Assembly: GCA_951406725.2 (NCBI GenBank)
Contig: OX597821.1
Coordinates: 98,642,001-98,706,000, forward strand
DNA from: Octopus vulgaris
Lineage: Eukaryota
Direction: 5' to 3'
Length of the DNA: 64,000 nucleotides
Made by a program: the position numbers and the translations under genes. This document shows positions 25,394-38,829 of this stretch, one piece after another; position 1 is the stretch's first letter, and the number at the start of each line of letters is the position of its first letter. Under the pieces are notes generated by a model. It made no database searches, had not been told where the DNA came from, and was given only the letters and a program-made list of their open reading frames with translations.

Positions 25394-26432
25394 CAGGGTA
25401 TTTGGGCTAAATTTGACAGTTTGTATGAAAAGTAAAGAAAACAATATCTCATCAAAAAATGAAAGCATTTTTAAAAAATCAAAAGAAATATCATTTGGAT
25501 TATGGTTGGAAGATAACAGTTTACTCAAAGTAACTGCCCCAGCTTCCACCATAGCCTCAAGGTAGCTATGGAATCTGGTGCATGCATTTCTCACTGTGTC
25601 CCTTTGAGCATCTCCTTGATGTTGCACCTCCTCACCAGCTTGGCCATGGTGTTGTAAGCAGAACAATTGGTGTCTTTCTCAACTGCACCCCACATATAGT
25701 AATCCATGGGAATATAATCAGGGGAATGAGGAGGCCAGAAATTGGGGTCAGTGAAGTCATAGAAATTCCCTGACAACCACTTCTGACTCTTCCTGGAAGT
25801 ATGGTAAAGATCTGAATCCTACTGCCACCAGCTCTGTTGCGTGACTAACCTCTTCCCTTCAATCAAAATTCATAATCTACGCACCTTTTATTCATAGCTA
25901 TATTTTACTTTATTCTATCTGAAGTTCAATTTTTCATGTTATCCGAAAGAACATCTTAAAAAGTACAAGTTAAAAATTCATTTAGGTCCATTACAAATAG
26001 TTTAATTCTCGTTCAACATCTTAACCAAAGTATATAGATGACTCATCTATGTTCTTTGATCTTGACATGGGACCCCTCAACCACGGAGGTGCTCTGTGAC
26101 TGCAGAGGTTGCAGGGGCTTAGCAACAGCCCTGGCTGCCACACATGGCCTTCTGGAGCAACCCTCTCCAGCTTGGGTTTGACCATAGGCAACAACAGTTT
26201 CACATAGTTGTCTGAATTGAACCTAAGGCCCTGTTCAAAAGTGCTGGGTGGAATGACATCACCCTCACTGTAGACACATGGCTTTTAGTCCTCCATGTGA
26301 GCAAACTTTTTCTCAGTCACAACCTTAGTTATTATGCTCTCCAATGCTGTTGGCTATTCAGCAATACATCTAGTTGTTCCTGAATAAAAAATGGAACCAT
26401 AAAAAATTGTCAAATTTAACCTGAATACCCTG
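25394..26432 (-). mobile_element. Mariner-like (DDD) deletion derivative
   Basis: TIRs CAGGGTATTTGGGCTAAATTTGACA / TGTCAAATTTAACCTGAATACCCTG; WPPHSPDYIPMDYYMWGAVE. Confidence 0.8.
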
Positions 26433-27831
26433 TGTGTATATGTAAGTATGTCTATATATGTGTATGCATATATATGCATGAATATATGTGTGTGTATGCA
26501 TAAATATGCATATATATGTATATGTGTGTGTAATTATAATGTATATATGTGTCTGTGTGTGTACATTAGATGTTGTCATGATAGTGAAATTAGGAATAAC
26601 TATTATAATGATGTTAATCACAATATAGTTAAATGTATAATAATAATAGTAACAATAATGTCGATAATATTAACTGTTGTATTGACTACATAGATTTTCC
26701 TACAATAACAATTATACTCATTCTATTTATGTAACATTTAGCAGTTCAAGCAGCCGAATCAGGCCCAAATATTCTACCTGTTTTTCTGTTCAGCCTCTCT
26801 CCCACCCTGAAAATAGACAGTCGCATCATTGACATCTCATAGCTACAAGGTGATGCACGATTAATTGAAAACAATGTGGATAAGTAAACATTACATTTGA
26901 CAAAGTAATCTGAATGTTAAAGGGGTAAAAGGGGCCTTCAAAACTCTATTCTTTGAAGTTACATGAGGTTTTATTATTAACTCTCTGATGGTCTGGACTA
27001 GATACAGAGCTGTACACATTATTCTCCCTGTAACTTACCTTCTTATGGTTTCAAGTTTTATCTGCTGGGAAAATAACTGTAGTTTTGAATTTCTTTTAGC
27101 CTGTTTTCCACTTCTTTGCCAGTGTTTAATTGTACCTGCTAATGGTTACTACTTTAAGTGATTGATGATTCTTTGACGATGCTCTACCTATACTTTTCTT
27201 ACCTTTAAACCCATAATCTTTGATGGTACCTGTCCGATTTATGCCTTGTATCCACTCTTCCCTTGATTCTTCAATAGTGCCATCCCATTTTCTTTTCTCT
27301 CTTTAACCCTTTCGTTACTGAATTTATTTTGAGATGCTCTGTGTTTCTTTCAGTTATTTTAACCCTTTAGTATTTAAACCGGCCATATCCGGCCAAAAGT
27401 ATTCGGCCTGTTCTATGTTCAAACTGGCCAGATCTTGTCTCTCATACCAACCCTACAATATCATTTTAAAAATTAACAGCTACCTCATCTTTGAGTATGG
27501 CTTCAAAAATCATATATTATGTACTGAATTCTAGATTCTTTGTATGCATTTTGCATGTGTGTGTGTGTACACACACAAGCACATGCATGCATATGCACAC
27601 TTGCAATCACACACACACATACACACACGCCTTTTCAACCTGTTTCAGTCATTGGATTGCAGCCATGCGAGGTCACTATCTTGAACTATTTCAGTTGAAC
27701 GAATTGACCTTAGTGCTTTTCTTATAAATCTCGGATACTGAACTAAGTTGCAGGGACATAAACAAACAGACATCAGTTTTACAAGTGGTGGTGTGTGGAA
27801 AGAATCACACAAACAAATACAAACACATCAT

Positions 27832-28572
27832 CATCATCATCATCGTTTAACGTCCGCTCTCCATGCTAGCATGGGTTGGACGGTTCGACCGGGGATCTGG
27901 GAAGCCAGAAGGCTGCACCAGGCTCCAGTCTTATCTGGCAATGTTTCTACAGCTGGATGCCCTTCCTAACGCCAACCACTCCGTGAGTGTAGTGGGTGCT
28001 TTTTACATGCCACCGGCACAGGTGCCAGGCGAGGCTGGCAACGGCCACGGTCGGATTGGTGCAATTTACGTGCCACCGGCACGGAAGCCAGTCGAGGCGG
28101 CGCTGGCATCGGCCACGATTCGGATAGTGCTTTTTACGTACCACCAGTCCAGGGGTCCTGGCATCTGCCGGGTGCCAGTCATAGGATTGGTTCAATTTCG
28201 ATTTCGATTTCACTTGCCCCAACATGTCTTCGCAAGCAAGGGGGTTGGCATGGGTGCCTGTCGTCGGATGAGGTTCGATATCGACTTCGCTTGCCTCAAC
28301 AGGTCTTTGTGTCCAAGGAGGAAAGGCATGCATAAGTGGGCTGGGCTCACTTGTCTTGCCTGGTCTTCTCACATACAGCATATTTCCAAAGGTCTCGGTC
28401 GCTGGTCATTTCCTCAGTGAGGCCTAAAGTTCGAAGGTCGTGCTTCACCACCTCGTCCCAGGTTTTCCTGGGTTTACCTCTTCCAGGGGTTCCCTCAACT
28501 GCTAGGGATTGGCACTTTCTCACACACCTATCTTCATTCATTCTCGCCACATGACCATACCAGCGCAATCGT
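27832..28572 (-). mobile_element. RTE-clade LINE 3' fragment with (GAT)n tail
   Basis: RWYGHVARM...GRGKPRKTW C-terminal motif; repeat-containing 3' UTR. Confidence 0.85.
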
Positions 28573-28573
28573 C

Positions 28574-28608
<35 letters not shown>

Positions 28609-28688
28609 ATATGTACAAAATATGGGGATTTAGTCCACAGGTGATCTAAATGACTAGGTACACTAGATAAGTGCTAGCCCTGGTAATA

Positions 28689-28731
<43 letters not shown>

Positions 28732-28895
28732 ATGCATATTAATGTATATTCTTTCATTCTTTTATTTGTTTCAGTCATTTGACTATGGCCATGCTGGAGC
28801 ACCACCTTTAGTCAAACAAATCAACCCCAGCACTTATTCTTCATAATCCTAGTACTTATACTATCAGTCTCTTATGCCAAACTACTAAGTTGTGG

Positions 28896-30070
28896 GGGCC
28901 AGTCAAGGCAGTGCTGGCATCGACGACGTACGGATGGTGCTTTTTACATGCCACCGGCACAGGTGCCAGGGTAGGCTGGCAACGGTCACAATTAGTGTGC
29001 TTTTTACATGCAACCGGCACAGAAGCCAGTCAAGGTGATGCTGGCATCGGCCACGTATGGATGGTGCATTTTACGTGCCTCCGGCACAGGTATCACAACT
29101 GCAGTTTCCATTTGATTTTTTGATGTTGATGGTGATGTACTTGACTCAATAGGTATCATCAAGCACAGCAGGTCGCCATACAATCCAATGTAAGTACAGC
29201 AGGCCGTCCTGCGATCCAAGGCACTTTGGAAGGGCTGAGGCTTCTATGTGAAGCTGGTGCAGGAAACAGCCATGAACTCACGTTATTTGTTGGGTCTTCA
29301 CAGTCACAGCATATCTCCAGAGGTCTCTGTCTTTCTTCATTGCCTTTGTGAGACACAGCATTTGAAGGTCATGCTTGACCACCTCATCCCATGTCTTCCT
29401 GGGTCTACCTCTACCCTGGATTCCTTCAACTGTTTCGGAGTGACACTTCTTCACACATCTCTCCTCATTCATCCGTAGTACATGACCATACCAGCACAGA
29501 TGTCTCTCTTGCACGCCACATCCAATGCTTCTTATGTCCAGCATTTTTCTCAGGGAACTTACACTTTGTCGTGTATGCACACTGACATTATACATCCAGC
29601 GGATCATGCTAGCTTCATTTCTTTCAAGCCTACGCATGTCCTCTGCAGTCACAGCTCATGTTTCTCTACCGTGAAGCATGGCAGTTCACACACATGCGTC
29701 GTACAATCTGCCTTTCACTCTGATTGAAAGATCCTTTGTCACCAGTAGGGGTAGGAGCTTTCTAAACTTTACCCAGGCTATTCTTATTCTAGTGGTAACA
29801 CTCTGAGCATCCACTCCCACTACTAACTTGGTCACCTAGGTAGCGGAAATTATCAACTACTTCTAGTTTCTCCCCCAGGAGTGTAATAGAATCTGTTTTC
29901 TGAGTATCAATGTTGTCTATTGCCCCTGTGCATCTGCCACTCACGAAAGCTATCTTCTTGGTTAATTTTCCTTTGATGTTGCCGCACCTCTTATGTGTCC
30001 ATAGCTTACACTGGGTACATCTTATGGAGTTTCTACCTACACCTTTTCTACAGATCAAGCAGGGCCACCT
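28896..30070 (-). mobile_element. RTE-clade LINE fragment
   Basis: Cys/His finger, FRYLGD, WYGHV and GRPRKTW motifs. Confidence 0.85.
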
Positions 30071-30350
30071 ATGTTTGGTAGACGGAAACTGAAAGAAGCC
30101 CGTCATATATATATATATATATATATATATTTATGTTTGTGTCTGTTTTGTGTCTCCTCACCCTTGCTTGACAACCAATGTTGGTGTGGTTATGCCCCCA
30201 CAACTTAGTGGTTCGGCATAAGAGACTGATAGTATAAGTACTAGGATTATAAAGAATAAGTGCTGGGGTTGATTTGTTTGACTAAAGCTGGTGCTCCAGC
30301 ATGGCCATAGTCAAATGACTGAAACAAATAAAAGAATGAAAGAATATACA

Positions 30351-30399
<49 letters not shown>

Positions 30400-30401
<2 letters not shown>

Positions 30402-32700
30402 TCATCATCATCGTTTAACGTCCACTTTCCATGCTAGCATTGGTTGGATGATTTGACTGGGGACTGGCGAACCAGATGGCTGCACTAGGCTCCAATCTTT
30501 ATCTGGCAGAGTTTCTACAGCTGGATGCCTTTCCTAACGCCAACAACTTCGAAAGTGTAGTGAGTGCTTTTCCATGCCACTGGCACAAGGGCCAGTCAGG
30601 CAGTACTGGCAACGTCCACATTCATGGTGCTTTTTACATGCCACCTGCACAGGAGCCAGTCCAGCAGCACTGGCAACGACCTCGCTCAAATGCTTTTTCA
30701 TGTGCTACAGGCACATGTGCCAGTAAGGCAATGCTGGCAACGATCACGCTCAAATGGAGCTTTTTACGTGTCACCGGCACAGAAGCCAGTTAGCCGCTCT
30801 GGCAATGATCATGCTCAGATAGTACTCTTAGTGTTCCACTAGCATGGATACCAGTCATCAAATTTGATTTCGATTTCACTTGCCTCAACAGATCTTCGCA
30901 AGCAGAGTTTAATATCCAATGAAGGAAAAGGTATGCATAAGTGGGCTGGCTACACCCCTGGCATAGGCCATGAGGTTATGGTCTCATTTGGCTTATCGGG
31001 TCTTCTCAAGCACAGCATATTTCCAAAAGTTTTGGTCACTAGTCATTGCCTCGGTGAGGCCTAATGTTCGAAGGTCGTGCTTCACCACTTCATCCCAGGT
31101 CTTTCTGGGTCTACCTCTTCCACAGGTTCCTTCAACCTCTTGAGTGTGGCACTTTTTCACACAGCTATCCTCATAGAATGGTCTTGCCACATGACCATAT
31201 TAGTGCAGTTGTCTCTCTTGCACACCACATCTGATGTTTCTTAGGTCCAACTTTTCTTTCAAGGTACTTACACTCTGTCGAGTATGCACACATTCATTGG
31301 ATCATACTGGCTTCATTCCTTGTGAGCTTACGCATGTCCTCATGGCCCATGTTTCACTGCCATGTTACATGGCTGTTCATACACATGCGTCATACAGTCT
31401 ACCTTTTACTCTGAGCAAGAGGCCCTTTGTCACTAGCAGAGGTAAGAGCTCTCTGAACTTAGCCCAGGCTATTCTTATCCTAGCAGCTACACTTTCAGTG
31501 CACCCTCCCTCATTACTGACTTGGTCACCTAGGTAACGGAAGCTAACAACAACTACATCTAGTTTTTCTACCTGGAATGTAGCAGAAGTTGTTCTCTGCA
31601 CATTTTCAGTGTTTATTGCTCCTGAGCATCTGCCACATACAAAAAATATCTTCCCAGTTAGCCTTCCTTTGATATTGCTGCACCTCTTATGTGTCCATAG
31701 CTTACACTGGGTACATCTTATATATTTCCTACCTACGCCTTTTCTACAGATCGATCAGAGCCATCTACCTGAAGGGATTTGTGGTTTGCCTGCCTTCCTA
31801 CTTATTAGGACTTTGGTTTTAGCTAGGTTGAATCTAAGGCCCTTCGATTCTAATCTTTGTTTCCACACCTGAAACTTCTCTAGTTCTGATAGTGACTCAG
31901 CAATTAGAGCAAGGTCATCAGCATAGAGGAGCTCCCAAGGGCATCCTGTCTGGAATTCCTCTGTTATTGCTTGGAGGACTATGACAAATAGGAGGAGTTT
32001 AAGGACTGAACCTTGGAGGGCCCCTACCTCTACCCGGAATTCTTCACTGTACTCATTGCCAACCCTCACCTTACTGACAGCGTCCCTCTACATGACTTGC
32101 ACAGCCATCACTAACCATTCGTCTATCCCTAGTTTTATCATTGACCACCAGATAAGGGATCGAAGGATCTTGTCAAAGGCTTTCTCCATGTCAACAAAAG
32201 CCATGTACAGAGGTTTATCTTTGGCTAGGTATTTCTACTGCAGCTGTCTTACCAGAAATATAGCATCAGTGGTGCTTTTCCCTTGCATGAACCCAAACTG
32301 CATCTCATCTAAACTGACTCTCTCCTTAATTAGTTGGGCTATGACCCTCTCTGTGACCTTCATTACCTGATCCAACAACTTGATACCTCTGTAATTATTT
32401 GTATCTAAAGCATCACCTTTACCTTTGTAGCAGTTGACTATAGTGCTGCTACACCAGTGATAACTTCGTGTATCACCTGGTTAACTATACGGGTGACTAG
32501 GCTTTAGCCATCACTGCCAGATATTTTGAGCATCTCTGCAGTGATTCCTGATGGGCCGGGGGCTTTCCCTGTCTTCATACTCTTAATTGCGTTATCTACC
32601 AAGGTACTGTCAACTCGGATAGCTGGTCCCGCCAATGGGTCAACATTCGGCAGACTCTCTTTCTTCCGTTCATTTTCTTTATTCAGCAACCTTTCATACG
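30400..32700 (-). mobile_element. RTE-clade LINE, 5'-truncated and decayed
   Basis: GKAPGPSG, ELLYADDLALIAE, FRYLGD and GRPRKTW motifs; (GAT)n tail. Confidence 0.9.
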
Positions 32701-32829
32701 CTCTAAGGAATAGAGTCTTAATCTCTTGAGTCTTTCCCAATAGCTTATATGCTACATAGAGTCTATCTTCTTCGTGTAGCTTTGTTGGATTGCCTCAAGT
32801 TCTGAGATTAATTTGACACTGGTTGGTGA

Positions 32830-34060
32830 CTATAGCTGAGAGCAATAGTCAAAGTGGCTTAGGACAAGTGTCCTCCAGAGGACCATCATGGTTTTCTGGT
32901 CTCTTGTTCGAAAGGTTCTAAAAATCCATCTGGTCAGCCACCTACATTTCATTGCCAATTTAGTAACATGCACATGAAAGGTTGCATCATTACTCATGTA
33001 AATGCCCAGGTCTCGCACTGATTGTGCCTCTGGGATTGCAATCCCTCCAAGTCCAGTGCATTTATTGGGTATTGCATTTAGTTTTGCATGCTGATAGAAA
33101 GCTTGAAACTTTTCAGCATTGAACTGCATGCTATTCTTTTCAGCCCGCTTGTATATTTCGTCCAGTTCACGTTGCAGGTGCATAGTGTCTTCAGGGTTCT
33201 GTATTACCTGTGAAACTTTTGTATCATCTGCATAACTTGTGATCGTGGCTCTCTGTGTGGCTGAGGGCATGTCTGAGAAGGCCATTATGAACAGTAGTGG
33301 TCCCAAAACAGTGTCTTGCTGAACACTGCTCACTATTTGCGTGTCATTGGAGGTGGCCCCTTTGGCTACTACCACCTGACTTCTATCCTTCAGAAAGTCA
33401 TGAAGCCATTCTCCCAATTTTCCAACTATGCCAAGATCATTCAGTTTGTGACATATCATTCCATGATTGACTTTTTCAAGGGCTGTTGCAAAGTCAAGAT
33501 AAATCACTTCCACATTTGAGTGGTTGAGCAGTTGTTTCAGCACTCAGTCATTGTGTTGTAAGAGCTGAGTTAGGCAGCTTCTTCCTGGTTGGAAACCACG
33601 TTGGGTGTCAGGCAGCAAGTCACTTTCTTCAAGGAAGGCGATTAGTTTTCTTCTGACTATACGTTCCATGACCTTGCTGATGTGTGAGGTCAGAGAGATA
33701 AGGCCAGTTTTGTTTGAGGATCTCTTTCTCAATTTGTTTCCAGTTTGCCTTATGGAAGTTCAAGCTGGAGAGCTTCTGAGAGTTTCTTGTAGGCTGCAGT
33801 CCATGCTTTCCTTTGGCCCGTACATGGTCAGCTCTACCATGTTGTGATCCGAGGTAGCGTCGGTGTCACTTTCACATTATGGATGAGATCTATATTATTT
33901 GTGAAGCAGAGATCCAGTATGTTTCCTGCCCTGGTTAGTTGGTGTACTGTTTGCTCCATGTACAAAGTGTTGATGAGGTTCAGAAGGGACATCACCTGTC
34001 CTTGTTCATATCGTATCATTCCTGGGAGAGAAAGGCCTTCAGGCCATCTGACATTGGGCA
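32830..34060 (-). mobile_element. CR1/L2-group LINE RT fragment
   Basis: QRGFQPGRSCLTQLL, VIYLDF, LGPLLFI, SYADDTK, VRDLGI motifs. Confidence 0.85.
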
Positions 34061-34064
34061 GATT

Positions 34065-34690
34065 TGTTCATAATTTTTACTTTTTACATTCTATTTTTAT
34101 TTTTATTATATTACCTTATTAATTTTTTCGTATTTTTATTTGTATTTTTTATTCGTAATTTTTATATGGATTTATTCACATGTTTTTCATTTGTATTTTT
34201 TAGCCGGTTTTCATATCTGTTTTTATTCCTTAAATTTTTATGTCTTAAATTTATAAGGTTCATGAATTTATTTGTTTACTTATTTATATTTATATACTTG
34301 GAATAAATTTTGACAAGCATAGTGATATATAAGGGGTATATATTTATAAATGTGGGGAAAGTAGACCTGATGATTGGGAGTGTGTAAACATAATGAGTTT
34401 TTGAATGAAACTTTGTGTCTTAACAATACCATACGTACCCTCATGAAACATGTGTAGTCCGTAATAGGGAAAATCTTTGGATTATGAATAGAAATAGTAA
34501 GTATAATATTCAATAATTTATGGCTTGGTTGAGTTAATACTTTTCGGAGTTGATGAAGTTGTAGGTGTTTCTATCTCTAACGCTATTTTGATATATAAGA
34601 ATTAATCATTGAGAGCAATTCAATTTAATATTTTTAATTTGAATGTCTCATTTCTGTGGCACTGGAATTGATCTTCCCTAATTATTATAA
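34065..34690 (-). mobile_element. Decayed Penelope-like GIY-YIG-region remnant
   Basis: Translation piece ...RMVLLRHKVSFKN... resembles the PLE endonuclease R-x3-H-x2-SF motif; heavily degenerate. Confidence 0.35.
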
Positions 34691-34718
34691 TAATATGTAT
34701 ATATATATATGTATATAC

Positions 34719-34944
34719 TTTATTTAAAAGCAGCAGAAATTCAACAAAACCTGTTACTCAGAGTTTCACGTTCCTGTTCGTCGGACAGTTTTGTTAACAA
34801 AACTGTCTGACGAACGGGAATGTGAAACTCCGAGTAACAGGTTTTGTTGAATTTCTGCTGCTTTTAAATAAAGCATATTACTCTACCCCTGGTATTTGAG
34901 TACTCTTTTTTCCACCTTGTTTCACATTTATGTGTTTACTCCGG
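34719..34944. mobile_element. Palindromic Penelope-type terminal remnant with two opposing minimal hammerheads (34751-34788 -, 34803-34840 +)
   Basis: + arm CTGT-CTGACGA-ACG GGAA TGT-GAAA-CTCCGAG-TA-ACAG; inverted mirror arm; same family as 24671-24890. Confidence 0.7.
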
Positions 34945-35056
34945 TATATATATGTATATATATATATGTATATTTGTATATGTATGTATATCTATGTATG
35001 TCTATATATATGTATGCATATATATATGTATATATATGTATATATATATATCAATA

Positions 35057-35096
<40 letters not shown>

Positions 35097-35099
<3 letters not shown>

Positions 35100-36370
35100 T
35101 GGGGGGAAATAAATATTCGTACATGTCAAAATTCTTTATTTAATTTCTAATGAACATAAATGGGATATACCAATACTATATTTGCATACACATGCATAAA
35201 CTAAGAATATGCAAAAGAAACTAATAAATTATAGTAACTAAGGAATTTATATTCAATTATAAATATTTAGGGGTGAAAAAAGTATTCGTACACAACATAA
35301 ATAACTGATAATTCTGATTTAATACATCGTAGCATAACCATTATTCAGTTCCACTTCAACCAATCTATTCTTGTAGTTCTTGATCAATGACTCGCAGGAA
35401 TTTTTTCCCATTCTTCTTGACAAATTTTCTTCAAATCTGCAATGCACGTAGGGGCTCTTGAATGAATTTTAAATTTCAAATAATGCCACAAATTTTCAAT
35501 GGGGTTCAAGTCAGGTGACAGGCTTGGCCATTCTAATAATTTTATATTGTGATCGACAATCCATTTTTTGGTAAACTTCGTCGCGTGCTTAGGATTGTTA
35601 TCCTGTTGTAAAACCCAACCTTCACAAAGCTGGAGCTTTTCTACAGAGTCCCATAAATCATTGTTCAAAATATTTTGGTACATCTCTGCATTCATTCTAC
35701 CATCTATCACATGTAAATTACCAGTACCATTTGCAGAGAAACACCCCCACACCATGATGTTGCCACCTCCAAACTTTACGGTAGGAATTGTGCTTTTCGG
35801 CATGGCTATGCAAATTTCGTCCAAACAATTCAATTTTCGACTTGTCTGTCCATAGAACATTTTCCCAGAATGTATCAGATTTATCTTTATGTTCATAAAC
35901 AAATTTTAAATGGGCATCTCTATGCCTTTTAGTCAACAGCAGAGTTTTTCTAGGCGAGCGTTATTTCAGTTCATTTCTATGAAGTTCATTGCTGATTGTT
36001 CGTAGTGTAACTTAGTCCCTGAAGCTAACAAATCTTCTTGCAACTCCTTTCTGGTGATCATTGTGTTTTTTCCGATTCTTTGCTCATTTTTCTTAAAGAT
36101 CTAGGGGAAATCATGCATGGTGCACCGGATCTTATTCTGTTTTCAACAGATCCCGATTTTGAATAAATGAAGATATGGTAGAAAATGGAATACAAAGGGT
36201 CTCTGATATTTTCCTGTAACTTTTACCTGCTTTCCACTGTTCAATAATTAAGTTTTTCATTGAATTTGTGAGTTCCTTACTTTTCCCCATTATTACGATG
36301 CTACTTTATGTTGTCTCAATGCTGAATGAAGAAGCTAGCGTTTTGACACTTAAAAATGACAACTGATAAG
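35097..36370 (-). mobile_element. Tc1-family transposon, decayed transposase
   Basis: WTDKSKIE, TVKFGGGNIMVWGCF, QQDNNPKH, WPSLSPDLNPIENLW (DDE); TA|CAGTGGGGG terminus with internal direct repeat near 35277. Confidence 0.9.
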
Positions 36371-36389
36371 ATTATTGGCACAAACGAGA

Positions 36390-36830
36390 AAGTTTATTCC
36401 AATAGAATCCAGGAACAAATTCTGCAGGCCATGTCAACTTTGCAGCTTATATGTGTAGCCCAACTTATGTTGTTGTCCACAGTTACTCCCAAGTCTCTAA
36501 TGTTGTTAGATGCCATGAGAATTTCACCAGAAGGAAGGGAGTATTGCATCTCATAACAATACGGCAAAATTATTTCACCTCAATTGGACCCGCCCTCTTC
36601 AACATTACACCAGGTAACATCAAAACAGAAACTGACCACACGAAATTTAAGAAGTCTTTGGACAAATTCCTTCAAACAGTCCTGGACAGACCACCCACAC
36701 CCGGATATGTCTCTGCAAACAATAACTTTCTGCTCAAATGGGCCTTGGTGCCCAAATCCTGAATTGAAAGACTTCGCCAGGTGATGCTATTAAGTTAGAC
36801 ATGGCCTGGGCCAACACTGGCCAAGACCTT
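36390..36830. mobile_element. CR1-group LINE 3' fragment with probable 5' inversion
   Basis: Plus strand GPALFNITP..FKKSLDKFL..DRPPTPGY; the preceding 36390-36520 reads as RT motif 7 on the minus strand. Confidence 0.55.
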
Positions 36831-36839
36831 TCTAAGTTA

Positions 36840-37677
<838 letters not shown>

Positions 37678-37678
<1 letters not shown>

Positions 37679-37922
37679 CATCATCATCATCGTTTAACAT
37701 CCACTTTCCATGCTAGCATGGGTTGGACGTTTTGACTGAGGACTGGTGAACCAGATGGCTGCACCAGACTCCAATCTGATCTGGCAGAGTTTCTACAGCT
37801 GGATGCCCTTCCTAACGCCAACCACTCCAAGAGTGTAGTGGGTGCTTTTACGTGCCACGAGGGCCAGTCTGGTGGTACTGGCAACAGCCATGCTGAAATG
37901 ATACTGTTTATGTGCCACCTGC
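37678..37922 (-). mobile_element. RTE 3' UTR fragment
   Basis: catcatcgtttaacatccactttccatgctagcatgggttgg... shared with other copies. Confidence 0.75.
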
Positions 37923-37947
37923 ACACACACACACATATATATATATA

Positions 37948-38233
37948 TCTGTAAAATAATATGTGACAATTATTCAATAGCTAAGATAAAACTCTGAGTT
38001 TCGGATGCTGAGGTGGAAATCCACAACACCATCTCTTCGGTTGTCTTGCCATCTGGTTTTTCAGATGGCCAGATAACCAAAGAGACGGTGTTGTGGATTT
38101 CCACCTCAGCATCCAAAATACAGAGTTTTATCTTGGCTACCGAATAATTGTAACGTATTATTTTACAGATAAATTTCCTCTATTTATATAGTATTGAGGT
38201 CTCTTTCTTTCTTTTGTTATCTTACCGTTTTTA

Positions 38234-38237
<4 letters not shown>
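37948..38237. mobile_element. Second copy of the 4612-4900 palindromic hammerhead-bearing element
   Basis: Near-identical sequence; the minus-arm motif is intact and the plus arm is mutated (CCAAAGA, CAAAA). Confidence 0.65.
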
Positions 38238-38269
<32 letters not shown>

Positions 38270-38282
38270 TGTATATATATAT

Positions 38283-38670
38283 ATTAGAAATATTGAATTT
38301 CTAAATGTCTCATAGAGACATGAGCGGTGGTGGAGCGATAGAGTGGTTGTATAATGTCAACATAGCGTGATGGTCCCGTAAAGGGAATTACACCACTGCT
38401 ATATAGCACTAGGAAGCATCGACGCTTCCTGTCGGCTTTGACACATTTCCTGTGTCCTTATATGTGCAAAGGGGGAGGCAAGCACCCCCACCAGCTAAGA
38501 CTAGCAACCTGAAGACATGCATGTTTCTGTGTCTTGCCCGTCATCAGCACAGAGTAGTGAGTCCCGCTAGCGGTGATACCTGCGAAGCCTCTGCAAATAT
38601 ATATATTTACAGTGAAATCTATTCACTGGTCACAGTAATTAGAAATATTGAATTTCTAAATGTCTCATAG
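38283..38670 (-). mobile_element. Retrozyme-like element: 355-bp structured monomer plus 33-bp terminal direct repeat, with a hammerhead motif at 38507-38552
   Basis: Identical 33-mers at 38283-38315 and 38638-38670; minus strand CTGATGA-CGGGCAAGACACA-GAAA-CATGCATG-TC; many internal hairpins. Confidence 0.75.
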
Positions 38671-38775
38671 CATAGAAAATGGACGTTAATAGAAGGGTAA
38701 AATTTATAAATTAAATTAATTAATTAATTAATAAATTAATTAATTAATTAATTAATTAATTAATATATATGTGTG

Positions 38776-38815
<40 letters not shown>

Positions 38816-38829
38816 TACATATATATCGA

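Noticed and set aside
38283-38670. CRISPR array or ordinary TSD reading of the 33-bp repeat
   Set aside because: Only two repeats in a eukaryotic context; the repeat forms part of the element's own hairpins (ATGTCTC pairs with internal GAGACAT), so it is element sequence rather than target DNA.
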